Source: Nitrospirota bacterium
GTDB taxonomy: Bacteria > Nitrospirota > Thermodesulfovibrionia > Thermodesulfovibrionales > Dissulfurispiraceae
Assembly (NCBI GenBank): GCA_963790025.1
Contig: CAWBMP010000004.1
Coordinates: 192,001 to 256,000 of the forward strand
Length of the DNA stretch: 64,000 nucleotides
Direction of reading: 5' to 3'
The notes under the pieces were generated by a model. That model was given only the letters and a program-made list of their open reading frames with translations. It was not told the DNA's origin and ran no database searches. Positions within the stretch are counted from its first letter, which is position 1. Each line of letters begins with the position of its first letter. Positions 18,445 to 27,973 of this stretch are shown here, one piece after another. The translations under genes and the position numbers were made by a program.

Positions 18445-19809
18445 TCAACGTTCAATCAGCTTTCGAGAAAGGTCACGGGCGAAATCCGCAAGGGTCTCGT
18501 CACGCGCGCCCATGATTGCATAACTGTCCCATTCAAAAGACCGCCTTAATATAATTTCCCTGCTCTCTGCCACCTCTACGGATTTCCCACGCTGGCGTAT
18601 GCCCACGGCAAGGTCATTGCTCGATATGTCTTTGCTCACGGTCCCGCCGGCATAAAAGATTGGCAGCAGTATAAGATGGTCCCCGGAGCGGAGATTTTCA
18701 GCAAAAGCCCCTATATACTCTGTCTTCATCATACGCGTCGGCGCAAATCCGTGAGGCTGGAATATATAGCAGATACGCTCGCGCACTTTCTGAACGGTAC
18801 CCATAAAAGATACTATCTTATGCGGGTTGTGCGCATAATCGTCAATAACAAGCCGCCTTCCGTCATCAAGATGTATATCAAACCGCCGTTCGATGCCGCT
18901 GAATTCAACCAGAGCGCCGGCGATATCCTGAGATGAAATGCCGCTTTCCCTGAGCAGCGCGATGCAGGAAAGTGCATTGTAAAGATTATATTTCCCCGGA
19001 ATGGAGAGTCTGAAATCAGTCCCGTTCAGCGAGAAGGTTGTGCTGAAAGGCCGCAAATCAACAGCTTCAGCACGGTATGCGGAAGGGGTCCCGATGGAGA
19101 AACATATCGCATGCCGTATGGGAATTTGCATTAGATACACGTCATCAGCGTTTATTACATTCATACCGGAGGTATTTCCGCCAAGGGCTTCGAACATTGC
19201 CGAGGTCTTTTCCACTGAATGGTGGTCCAGATCAAGATTCAATATTATCGAATGCTCAGGTCTATAATTTATTATTGTCCCGTCAGATTCGCATGCTTCT
19301 ATTATGAGGCGTTCCGAGTCCCCTGTAATTGCATTGCCGGGGTTATGCTCTGTCCTGAACTGTTTCACCCTTCCGCCGCCTATGAAATTCGGTCGCAGCC
19401 CGAGGCGCTGCATGATAAATGCAAGCATTCCCGCAGTGGTCGATTTCCCGCTGGTCCCTGCAACTGCTATGGTATTGTATTCGGTTATCAGTCTTGCAAG
19501 GTATTCAGGCCTTGTTTCTATCGGGATGCCGAGAAGTTTTGCTTTAATCACTTCGGGCCGATCAGCTTCCACAGCAGTGCTGAAAACGGCAAAATCAAAG
19601 GAGCTGTCGATGCCGCTGCCGTCCTGGGGAACTATGGCGATATTTTTTGCTTTCAGGAGTTGACAGACCGGATGTGCCGGATTACTGTCAAAAGACCTGT
19701 CGGAGCCGACTACTATATGGCCTTTCTCAGCCATGAAACTCGCAATCGCTGAAACACCGCTGCCGCCGATGCCGGAGAAGAATATTTTTAAAGGCCTGTT
19801 TTCCATCAT
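18445..19809 (-). CDS. Mur ligase family protein (MurC/Mpl-like)
   Basis: GIGGSGVS, GTSGKSTT, EACESD, DDYAHNP, FQPHG. Confidence 0.85.
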   Translation of the reverse strand: MMENRPLKIFFSGIGGSGVSAIASFMAEKGHIVVGSDRSFDSNPAHPVCQLLKAKNIAIVPQDGSGIDSSFDFAVFSTAVEADRPEVIKAKLLGIPIETRPEYLARLITEYNTIAVAGTSGKSTTAGMLAFIMQRLGLRPNFIGGGRVKQFRTEHNPGNAITGDSERLIIEACESDGTIINYRPEHSIILNLDLDHHSVEKTSAMFEALGGNTSGMNVINADDVYLMQIPIRHAICFSIGTPSAYRAEAVDLRPFSTTFSLNGTDFRLSIPGKYNLYNALSCIALLRESGISSQDIAGALVEFSGIERRFDIHLDDGRRLVIDDYAHNPHKIVSFMGTVQKVRERICYIFQPHGFAPTRMMKTEYIGAFAENLRSGDHLILLPIFYAGGTVSKDISSNDLAVGIRQRGKSVEVAESREIILRRSFEWDSYAIMGARDETLADFARDLSRKLIER

Positions 19810-19837
19810 GCTGCCGACTTAATTATAACAAATAATA

Positions 19838-20021
19838 AGTGTAATGCAGGATATATCCCTGAAGCGAATCGCGGAGATTTGGTAACAGTTCTCGGCGAAG
19901 GGAGCGTTAAGCAGTCGCAATGTCCGAGCCCGGAGGGCGAGTTTTGCGACTGTAGCAAACAAGCCGTTATAACTGTCAAGACGGAGCGTCTGAGCGTAAG
20001 AGATATATCCTGCATTGCACT
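19838..20021. repeat. 184-bp palindromic MITE/REP-like element
   Basis: 20-bp terminal IR AGTGTAATGCAGGATATATC / GATATATCCTGCATTGCACT (1 mismatch); inner IR CAGTCGCAA/TTGCGACTG. Confidence 0.7.
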
Positions 20022-20062
20022 ATCCGAATTGCACTTATTCTCAAAATGTTAAAATAAACGAT

Positions 20063-21772
20063 ATGTCCGGCTACACTGGCAAGAGTTTGCGCGTCAATCT
20101 CACCACAAAGGAAATCTCAGTTTATGACACGCCCCCTGCCCTCTGCGATGAATTCCTGGGCGGCAGGGGCATGGGTGTTGCAATGATCACCGACCGCATA
20201 ACCCAACCCTGCGATTCTCCTGAAATGCCCCTGATCTTTGCCACCGGGCCGCTTGTCGGCACCGCTTCACCAACTTCAGGCCGAATGTCGGTTGTTTCAC
20301 GATCTCCCCTCACCGGCACCGTATTTGACTGTTCAGTAGGCGGACTCTTCGGCACTCAACTTAAAAAAGCCGGTTTCGATGTCCTTGAAGTAACAGGCTC
20401 TGCCGAACGATGGACTCTTTTGAATATCTGCAATGGCAGCGTTGCTTTCGAAGATGCCTCCCGACTAGCTGGAGAGAACACCTCGGAGGTGGGCAAAAAG
20501 ATTCATAGCAAAGGCTCATATGCTGCAATAGGTATCGCCGGAGAAAAAAAGGTCCGGTTTGCATCGATTGTTTTTGACGGGCATTACTGCGCCGGGCGCG
20601 GCGGCCTCGGTGCTGTGATGGGGGCAAAAAAGTTGAAGGCAATAGCAGTACGGGGTGAAGGGAGAATCCCTGTTGCCGATGAGGAAGGACTAAGGCAGGC
20701 ACGTGAAGACATAATGAGGCTTTTAAGGACCTCACCTGCCATATTCGGAGAATTCGGCCTATCGGAATTCGGCACTGCTGCCCTCGTCGATTTGATACAT
20801 GCAAGGAGAATGGAACCTACGGATAATTTCAAAAAAACGGTGTTCCCTTATGCATCAAATTACTCCGGGTATGCCATGAAAACACATTATAGTGCAAAAA
20901 AAACCGGATGTGCCGGCTGCCCCATCCTCTGTAAGAAAGTCGGATCAGGCGGAGAGGTCATCCCTGAATATGAAAGCGTTTCGCATTTCGGAGCCTTGAA
21001 CGGCTGCGGCGACATGGAAAGCATTGTCAAGGCAAATCGCATTTGCAATGAATTCGGTCTGGATACTATTACCGCTGCCTCCACCATTGCCTGTTATTCC
21101 GAAATTCACAATAAGCGACTTTCTCCGAAAGAGATGCTGGATTTGCTTGTACTCATAGGCTCCAGGGGACCGGGCTTAGGCGATGCGCTTGCCGAAGGTT
21201 CGCTGCGGTATGCCACGTCGATGGGCCATCCGGACTTAAGCATGTCTGTAAAGGGTCTTGAACTGCCTGCCTATGACCCGAGGGGCGCTTACGGCATGGC
21301 CCTGGCATACTCTACTTCTAACAGGGGAGGATGCCACCTGAGGGCCTATCCGATCAGCCACGAGATACTGAGAAAACCGGTTGCTACAGACAGGTTCTCC
21401 TTTGAAGGCAAGGCACGCATTATTTCGATAGCCGAGGACCTGAACGCCGTCATCGATTCCCTTACGGCGTGCAAATTTGTTTTTTTTGCCGCGAGCCTCG
21501 AAGAATATGCAAACGCTGTCAATGCGGTCACCGGCAAGGAATTTAGTGTTCAGTCACTTCTTAAAACCGGTAAACGCATATGGGACCTCGAACACAGCTT
21601 AAACGAAAAAAACGGATTTAACCAAACTCACGACGATCTGCCACAGCGCTTTTTCTCTGAGGAGGGGACTTCAAGCCCTAATATTTCAATATCTCCGATT
21701 GACCGTGATGCCTTCCTGAAGGCAAAGGAACGCTATTATAAAATCAGAGGCTATGGAAAAACTCATCAATAA
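20063..21772 (+). CDS. Aldehyde:ferredoxin oxidoreductase family protein
   Basis: LGGRG, SRSPLTG, AGRGGLGAVMGAKKLKA, CAGCPILC, PEYE, YDPRG, RGGCHL. Confidence 0.93.
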   Translation: MSGYTGKSLRVNLTTKEISVYDTPPALCDEFLGGRGMGVAMITDRITQPCDSPEMPLIFATGPLVGTASPTSGRMSVVSRSPLTGTVFDCSVGGLFGTQLKKAGFDVLEVTGSAERWTLLNICNGSVAFEDASRLAGENTSEVGKKIHSKGSYAAIGIAGEKKVRFASIVFDGHYCAGRGGLGAVMGAKKLKAIAVRGEGRIPVADEEGLRQAREDIMRLLRTSPAIFGEFGLSEFGTAALVDLIHARRMEPTDNFKKTVFPYASNYSGYAMKTHYSAKKTGCAGCPILCKKVGSGGEVIPEYESVSHFGALNGCGDMESIVKANRICNEFGLDTITAASTIACYSEIHNKRLSPKEMLDLLVLIGSRGPGLGDALAEGSLRYATSMGHPDLSMSVKGLELPAYDPRGAYGMALAYSTSNRGGCHLRAYPISHEILRKPVATDRFSFEGKARIISIAEDLNAVIDSLTACKFVFFAASLEEYANAVNAVTGKEFSVQSLLKTGKRIWDLEHSLNEKNGFNQTHDDLPQRFFSEEGTSSPNISISPIDRDAFLKAKERYYKIRGYGKTHQ

Positions 21773-22958
21773 ATACATAAATAAGCTCGAACAGCAGGGG
21801 CTTGCCCTCAAAGATAACATAACGTTCCTTGCGCTCGATGACGATCTGGTCTCAAACAGGACAATCGATGGTGAAACATTGATGCTCTCCAAACTCTTCT
21901 CGTTAATGAACATCAATGTCGTGCTCTTTGCCGAGCCCTCGGAACCTTACAAGAGTATCATACGGGAAATCACAAAACATGACGCACTCTGCCGGACACA
22001 GTCCAAGCTGGTACCGATGGATTGCGAGACGCGGACGTTCTTTCACGATATTCCTATAGTCAATGATTTTTCTCCTGAAGCGATTGCCGCTGCGCTTTCC
22101 CGCCGCAAATCGGCAATCATCAAAGACAGAGGGATTGTGACCTATGGGGTGGTAACTCCTGAACAGGCTTTTGTTTCATTAAGTTCCACCTGCTTTTCGA
22201 CGTTTGTAAAATATTTCTACGACAGCCTCGTCTATAGTGAAAAGTGCGCTGCCGGGAAGCTGCCCCCTGACGATGACTTCATAAAATCTTTCGGGACCAT
22301 TTCATCACATTCTGAAATGCGTCAGCCTGCCGTCTCAAACGCCTCACTCTCGCCGGGACCGCCTTTAAACGGCGATGACGTCGTTGCAATGCTTTCGGAG
22401 GCCGGCAGGGCAGTGGTAGGGCACCGGCTCGTAGACTCGTTTTTCGGGAATATATCATATATGTTCAATAATATCATCTATATAAGTGAGACGGGCAGTT
22501 CGCTGGACGAACTCGAATGCTGCATCGATGCCGTTCCTCTGGACGGGACATCTTCGGTAGGCATCACCGCATCATCCGAATTGTCGGCCCACAAAAAAAT
22601 TTATCAGGAAACCGGAAACACCGCTGTATTGCATGGTCACCCAAAGTTCTCCGTGATCATGTCGATGCGCTGCGGGAAGGAAGGCTGCGACAGGTCTTTG
22701 TGCCACAAAGTGTGTAAAGAGAAACGTTATATTTCGGAAACGCCCATTGTCTCAGGAGAAATAGGCACAGGACAAACCGGGCTCATGCATACCGTGCCGG
22801 CCGCAATCAAGGAGGGGAAAGGCGCCATAGTGTACGGGCACGGTGTTTTTGCCGCCGGACAGGGCAGTTTTCAAGGACCTTTCTCGATGCTTATGGAGAT
22901 AGAGAATACGTGCAAGAGCGAATATTTTAATGCCGTAAAAAACTGCATGGAGATATAG
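21753..22958 (+). CDS. Class II aldolase/adducin family protein, two-domain
   Basis: DSFFGNIS, SSEL.AH..IY, LHGHP, GHGVFA. Confidence 0.8.
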   Translation: MEKLINKYINKLEQQGLALKDNITFLALDDDLVSNRTIDGETLMLSKLFSLMNINVVLFAEPSEPYKSIIREITKHDALCRTQSKLVPMDCETRTFFHDIPIVNDFSPEAIAAALSRRKSAIIKDRGIVTYGVVTPEQAFVSLSSTCFSTFVKYFYDSLVYSEKCAAGKLPPDDDFIKSFGTISSHSEMRQPAVSNASLSPGPPLNGDDVVAMLSEAGRAVVGHRLVDSFFGNISYMFNNIIYISETGSSLDELECCIDAVPLDGTSSVGITASSELSAHKKIYQETGNTAVLHGHPKFSVIMSMRCGKEGCDRSLCHKVCKEKRYISETPIVSGEIGTGQTGLMHTVPAAIKEGKGAIVYGHGVFAAGQGSFQGPFSMLMEIENTCKSEYFNAVKNCMEI

Positions 22959-23319
22959 AGGTGTAATATTATGGGCGGTACAAATCGAGCTCATAAAATC
23001 GGGTGTAAGAGTTTTGATCGTCCTGAAAAAAGACCGGACGGTCTTTTCACAGTGGGGGGACAGGAGGAGAAGAATATCAGGACCAAGCCTGCCGGAGAGT
23101 CACCGATGTACTGAAGAAGGTGTTTGAGAAGTAGGGTCGTTTGCAAAATTGATTGTCTGCTGAGTTCGGCAGGAAGTCCGCAAAATCATTGGATTTAAAT
23201 TCTGATTATTACTCAAAATAGCCATGATTTCATCCGAGGAGGCTCATTTGGTTTAGAAAAAAATTGATACAGACTACACAGTGGCATAAGCACAATGCTA
23301 TATGGTTAAATAAAAATAC

Positions 23320-25455
23320 GTGATGGGAAAGTCTTCCAATAAAAAGAAAAAAACTGAAGCGGTGTCCCGCATCGGAAGAGACAGCAAGGTATCATCAAAT
23401 GAGCAACACAGAGATGTCTCCCGATGCGATGGGAACATAATAAAATACAGCAATGTCAGATATGGTATTGCCTCGGCTGTTTCGCTAATAACCTTTATCG
23501 TCTATCTTTCCTCTCTGCATAATGAGTTTGTATCGTGGGATGACAACCATTATGTTTACGAAAACCCGCATATTCATTCATTGAATGCAGACTTTTTCAG
23601 GTGGGCATTTTCCGAATTCTATGCTGGAAACTGGCATCCGCTAACCTGGGTATCCCATGCACTGGATTATGCCGTATGGGGATTGAATCCCCTGGGGCAC
23701 CATCTGACCAATAATATTCTGCATGCTGTCAACACCTTTGTTGTAGTAATACTTGCAACAACACTTTTAGAGGCATGGAAGAGGAAGGCGGAAAAAAGTG
23801 GTCAAAAGATTTTTTTCAATGCGCAGGCGATTCTTATTGCCGGTGGGATAACAGGGTTATTATTCGGCCTTCATCCTGTGCATGTGGAATCAGTGGCATG
23901 GGTTTCCGAAAGAAAAGATCTCTTATGCGCCCTATTTTACTTACTGGCAATTGTTCAGTATGCCAAATACGCTAATATCGGGGGTGCCGAAACAATTCAA
24001 GAGAATTCCAAAACACGCTTTCTGAACAAATATTACCTCCTCGTCCTGGCGTTTTTTGTTCTTGCTCTGTTAAGCAAGCCGATGGCGGTCAGTCTTCCTG
24101 CAGTTCTGCTCATATTAGACTGGTATCCATTTCAAAGAATCCGGTCTATAAAATCGTTTATGTCTGCATTTGTCGAGAAAATGCCGCTTATCGTATTAAG
24201 TATCATCTCTTCAATACTGACAGTTCTGGCACAAAAGGCAGGAGGGGCAATACAATCCACTGAGATAATACCATTTTCATCGCGGGTTTCTGTGGCTGCT
24301 GAATCCCTCCTGGGTTACCTTTTGAAAATGGCATTGCCTGTGAATATGGTCCCGTTTTATCCATATCCTGAGAATGTTTCGCCGTTTTCGGCAGGGTATC
24401 TTTTATCGATCGTTCTTGTGCTTGGGATTACAGCGACCTGCATTGTCATGTCAAAAAGACAGAAGTTATGGTTATCAGTCTGGGGCTACTATGTTATCAC
24501 CCTGGTCCCTGTCCTCGGAATCGTTCAGGTGGGAAGCCAGTCAATGGCAGACAGGTATACTTATTTGCCGAGTCTTGGCCCATTCCTTTTGGCAGGTTTG
24601 CTTTCTGCATGGTGCATTGAAAAGACAAATATTCGGCGGAAGCAAGCCCAGATCGTTAAGCTTATTGGCGGCATTGCAGCCATTTTGGTATCAGTTTGCC
24701 TTTCATTTATAACTTTTAGGCAAGTGGCGATATGGAAAGACAGCGTCACCCTGTGGACTTACGTTATCGAGAAAGAACCAAATGCCCCTGTAGCACATAA
24801 CAATCTCGGCCTTATCTATCAAAATCAAAATATGCCTGATGAGGCCGAAAAGGAATTTCTGACTGCTCTCAAACTAAAACCGGATTACGCTCTGGCACAC
24901 AATAATCTCGGACTCGTCTATAAAACCCACAACATGCTTGACAAGGCGATGGAGCAATATCTAATCGCCACTAAGCTGAAGCCTGACGACGCTGAGGCGC
25001 ATAGCAATCTTGGCATCTCATATCAAGCCTGCAATATGCCTGATAAGGCTGAAGAAGAATTTCTGACTGCCGTTAAACTAAAACCCGATGATGCTGCGCT
25101 CCACTTCAATCTCGGCCTCTTTTATAAATCACGCAATATGCCTGACAAGGCTATGGAGCACTATGCGATTGCCATTAAACTAAAACCCGATTTAGCAGAA
25201 GCGCATAATAATCTTGGCGGCATTTATCTGGTCCTCAAGATGCCCGATAAGGCCGAACAAGAATTTCAGACTGCTCTTATATTAAAGCCAGATTTGGCGG
25301 AAGCGCATTATAGTCTTGGTTTTGCGTACTACAATACGGGACAGATGGAAAAGGCGCAAAGGGAATTAGCCAGAGGATTAGAAATAAAGCCGACTAACCA
25401 ACAGGCTCAGCAATTGTTAAAAATAATAACAGAATATCTGAAAGCAAAAGATTAA
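23320..25455 (+). CDS. TMTC-like membrane glycosyltransferase (GT-C) with C-terminal TPR repeats
   Basis: FVSWDD, WHPLTW.S, HPVHVESVAWVSERKD, MADRYTYLP; repeated AHNNLG TPR units. Confidence 0.85.
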   Translation: MMGKSSNKKKKTEAVSRIGRDSKVSSNEQHRDVSRCDGNIIKYSNVRYGIASAVSLITFIVYLSSLHNEFVSWDDNHYVYENPHIHSLNADFFRWAFSEFYAGNWHPLTWVSHALDYAVWGLNPLGHHLTNNILHAVNTFVVVILATTLLEAWKRKAEKSGQKIFFNAQAILIAGGITGLLFGLHPVHVESVAWVSERKDLLCALFYLLAIVQYAKYANIGGAETIQENSKTRFLNKYYLLVLAFFVLALLSKPMAVSLPAVLLILDWYPFQRIRSIKSFMSAFVEKMPLIVLSIISSILTVLAQKAGGAIQSTEIIPFSSRVSVAAESLLGYLLKMALPVNMVPFYPYPENVSPFSAGYLLSIVLVLGITATCIVMSKRQKLWLSVWGYYVITLVPVLGIVQVGSQSMADRYTYLPSLGPFLLAGLLSAWCIEKTNIRRKQAQIVKLIGGIAAILVSVCLSFITFRQVAIWKDSVTLWTYVIEKEPNAPVAHNNLGLIYQNQNMPDEAEKEFLTALKLKPDYALAHNNLGLVYKTHNMLDKAMEQYLIATKLKPDDAEAHSNLGISYQACNMPDKAEEEFLTAVKLKPDDAALHFNLGLFYKSRNMPDKAMEHYAIAIKLKPDLAEAHNNLGGIYLVLKMPDKAEQEFQTALILKPDLAEAHYSLGFAYYNTGQMEKAQRELARGLEIKPTNQQAQQLLKIITEYLKAKD

Positions 25456-25554
25456 AAGCAAATGCTTACATGATACTCGGGAAGAAACTTGGCCCTCCTG
25501 CCTATCCGATCTCTCTAACCTTTTTATATCATATTTATCGGTAGGAGGAAGTTA

Positions 25555-26388
25555 TTAAGTACCTGCGAGGCTATCCTGCGAGTGCGGATTTCGTTCGTTA
25601 ACAAAACCCATGATTGTTTGCCACCAGTGCAGGTCTACCCTGTTCGGCCAATCGTTATGCCCGGCCCCTTTAATCACCCACATCGCTTTGTTTCCGTCCA
25701 GTGATTGGTATAATGTATTTGCATGCCTTATAGGGATTATCTCATCCCGTTCTGCCCCTGCCACCGCAATTCTTCCCATGTAACTTTTGAGGTTCCTCAT
25801 ACTGTCATATTTGTCTTTCATAAACAATCGCACCGGCAACCATGGAAATTTAGATTGAGCAACGGACAGAAGCGAATCCCAAGGCGTTATGAGCACAACT
25901 CCGTCGATCTTTATAGACATCTTATTAACTACTGCTGCCACAACTCCGCAGCCGAGTGATTCTCCCAAGAGAAAAATCGGGGCGCCATATTGCTGGTAGG
26001 CCAGGCGTATTGTTTCTTTTGCATCGCTAACAAATGAATTCTCTCCCAATTCTCCTGCTCTTGCCCCATATCCTGGATATTCGGCAAGTATGACGAGATA
26101 CCCCAACTGCCCCATTGCCGTCAAATAATATGCCCTATCTGCCGCCGTGCCGGCGTTCCCATGAAAAACTATGATGGTGCCCTTCAGATTTTTGACAGCT
26201 TGATTGCCGATGAACCCTTTATAGTTAACGGGTCCAGAGGGCCAAAATTGCATATTTTTGAAGACGAGCTCGTCCTGGGAGGGTAACGATGAGTTTGGAT
26301 AATAAAGCAGCTTATGTTGAAGATCACAGCCCGACATAGCCATAAAGATATTCATTAGTATGAATATATATTTTCCAATGTTATTCAA
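25555..26388 (-). CDS. Alpha/beta hydrolase (ABHD13/17-like), possibly a lipoprotein
   Basis: FHGNAG, EYPGYG, GESLG, DEIIP, GAGHND. Confidence 0.85.
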   Translation of the reverse strand: MNNIGKYIFILMNIFMAMSGCDLQHKLLYYPNSSLPSQDELVFKNMQFWPSGPVNYKGFIGNQAVKNLKGTIIVFHGNAGTAADRAYYLTAMGQLGYLVILAEYPGYGARAGELGENSFVSDAKETIRLAYQQYGAPIFLLGESLGCGVVAAVVNKMSIKIDGVVLITPWDSLLSVAQSKFPWLPVRLFMKDKYDSMRNLKSYMGRIAVAGAERDEIIPIRHANTLYQSLDGNKAMWVIKGAGHNDWPNRVDLHWWQTIMGFVNERNPHSQDSLAGT

Positions 26389-26416
26389 AACAGAGCCGGT
26401 CTCTTCGGTTTGTTCT

Positions 26417-27253
26417 TCATTGTTTGAAAAATTCTTTTATTCTCTCCAGGAAAGACGTGCGGATTTTGGCCCTGAGGAAGAGGTCCCCGGGTTCGCCGCC
26501 TTTCTTGCCCTCCTGACCGAGACCCTTGAGTTTTATCTTCTGTCCGTCTCTTATCCCGGGCGGGACCGTGATCAGCAAATCCCTGGGTTGGCCCCGTTTC
26601 TTGTATAGGTATCGGACCTTGCCGCCGGCCACTGCTTCTTTGCGGGCAATCCCGATGACATCATATAAATCTTTTCCCCTTGTCGGCAGTTCCAGGCCCA
26701 ACCGGCGGGCAGCTAATCCCGTAAAGAAGTCCAGAATCCTGGCTATGATTACCGAAAGCAAAGGATGCAATTGCCGCATCTGATCAGGAGAAGTCTTCAA
26801 GCGGTCCTGATAAATTTTTCTCATAGGACCGTAAAAGTAGAAACCACTACCGGAAAATCCGGGGTCCTTGAATTCAAAGGTCCTGTAGCGGGAACCGTAA
26901 AAATTGTTCCGGCTAAAAATATCTTCCGGCCTGCTAAAACCGAATGCCTTGCTGAACTCTTCGAAAACCTGACCAATATCGGAACCGCGGAAAATATCCT
27001 GATCAGTATGTGACTGTCTGAACTGGTCCCTGGCGAAGGGGCCATACGCTTGTCTCAGCGCATCATACTCTTTCTTCTTCACAGGATTTGAAAGGACGGC
27101 ATAGGCCTCATTGATTGCCTTCATCATCTCCTCGCCTCCAGGATTCCTGTCGGGGTGATACCGGAAGGCGAGGTTCCGATAAGCTTTTTTTATCTCGCCG
27201 GGGCCTGCATCTTCTCCCACACCGAGAGTCTTGTAATAGTCCTTTTGGTTCAT
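26417..27253 (-). CDS. J-domain protein (DnaJ/CbpA-like, no zinc finger)
   Basis: KDYY.TLGV, YHPD, INEAYAVLS; C-terminal VPPGIRDGQKIKLKG..GDL. Confidence 0.9.
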   Translation of the reverse strand: MNQKDYYKTLGVGEDAGPGEIKKAYRNLAFRYHPDRNPGGEEMMKAINEAYAVLSNPVKKKEYDALRQAYGPFARDQFRQSHTDQDIFRGSDIGQVFEEFSKAFGFSRPEDIFSRNNFYGSRYRTFEFKDPGFSGSGFYFYGPMRKIYQDRLKTSPDQMRQLHPLLSVIIARILDFFTGLAARRLGLELPTRGKDLYDVIGIARKEAVAGGKVRYLYKKRGQPRDLLITVPPGIRDGQKIKLKGLGQEGKKGGEPGDLFLRAKIRTSFLERIKEFFKQ

Positions 27254-27255
27254 CG

Positions 27256-27951
27256 CTATCGCTTGATCTCGATCCGGTGGAACGCTTCGGCGAGTTCGCA
27301 CTCAGCGCCTTCAGCCATAGAGCAGGACCACTCTCTCACCCAAGCCTCCAGATCTGCCACTTTGAGCTCTTTTACCTGGCTTTCATGGCAGCGCAGCGCC
27401 GCAACTTTCAGATCGAAGGTCGCCGATATATCGGAGCGGTAATTAATGTCTTCCGAACCAAAGAAGAGCATCTCGCCGACCTTGTGAGGTCCGAGGCCTT
27501 CCTCCAGCAGTTCCGGATAGGACAGGTGGTCCCGCGCTAAGGGGAAGACGGCGTCGAGTGTCGCCTGCCCCACAATCCTGTGGTCCCGGTGCCAGATGTA
27601 CCGGTGGTAAGGGTCCGAGGTGACAACTGTTTCTGGACGATATGTACGAATTGTACGCACGATCATTTTCCTGAATTCGGAAGTGTCTTCCAGCCCCTGA
27701 TCAGGAATCCGGAGAAAGACGACTTCCCGTACGCCCAGGACTCTTGCAGCAGCTTCCTGTTCTCTCTCTCTTATTTGGGCCAGGAGCCCGGGTTGCATCG
27801 TCTCGTCCGATGTTCCCTTCTCCCCGCTCGTACAGACAACATATACTACCTGTTTGCCTTCCAGGACCCAGCGCGCCACCGTTCCGGCGACGCCAAATTC
27901 GGCATCGTCAGGATGCGCTATGATGACGAGTATATCAGCAGAAGCTGCCAT
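27256..27951 (-). CDS. PIG-L family N-deacetylase (MshB/BshB-like)
   Basis: AHPDD, TSGEKG, R..E...AA..LGV, HRDH, ALRCHESQ. Confidence 0.9.
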   Translation of the reverse strand: MAASADILVIIAHPDDAEFGVAGTVARWVLEGKQVVYVVCTSGEKGTSDETMQPGLLAQIREREQEAAARVLGVREVVFLRIPDQGLEDTSEFRKMIVRTIRTYRPETVVTSDPYHRYIWHRDHRIVGQATLDAVFPLARDHLSYPELLEEGLGPHKVGEMLFFGSEDINYRSDISATFDLKVAALRCHESQVKELKVADLEAWVREWSCSMAEGAECELAEAFHRIEIKR

Positions 27952-27973
27952 ATTACAACTCCCTGTACCATTT

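Noticed and set aside
19806..20015. 69-aa ORF upstream of the Mur ligase
   Set aside because: Lies almost entirely in the palindromic element; no RBS or recognisable features
22970..23135. Possible gene remnant with hairpin AAAAGACCGGACGGTCTTTT
   Set aside because: No recognisable protein in the frames read; the hairpin may be a simple terminator but support is weak
24780..25400. Roughly 102-bp DNA repeats
   Set aside because: Explained by 34-aa TPR units of the TMTC-like protein
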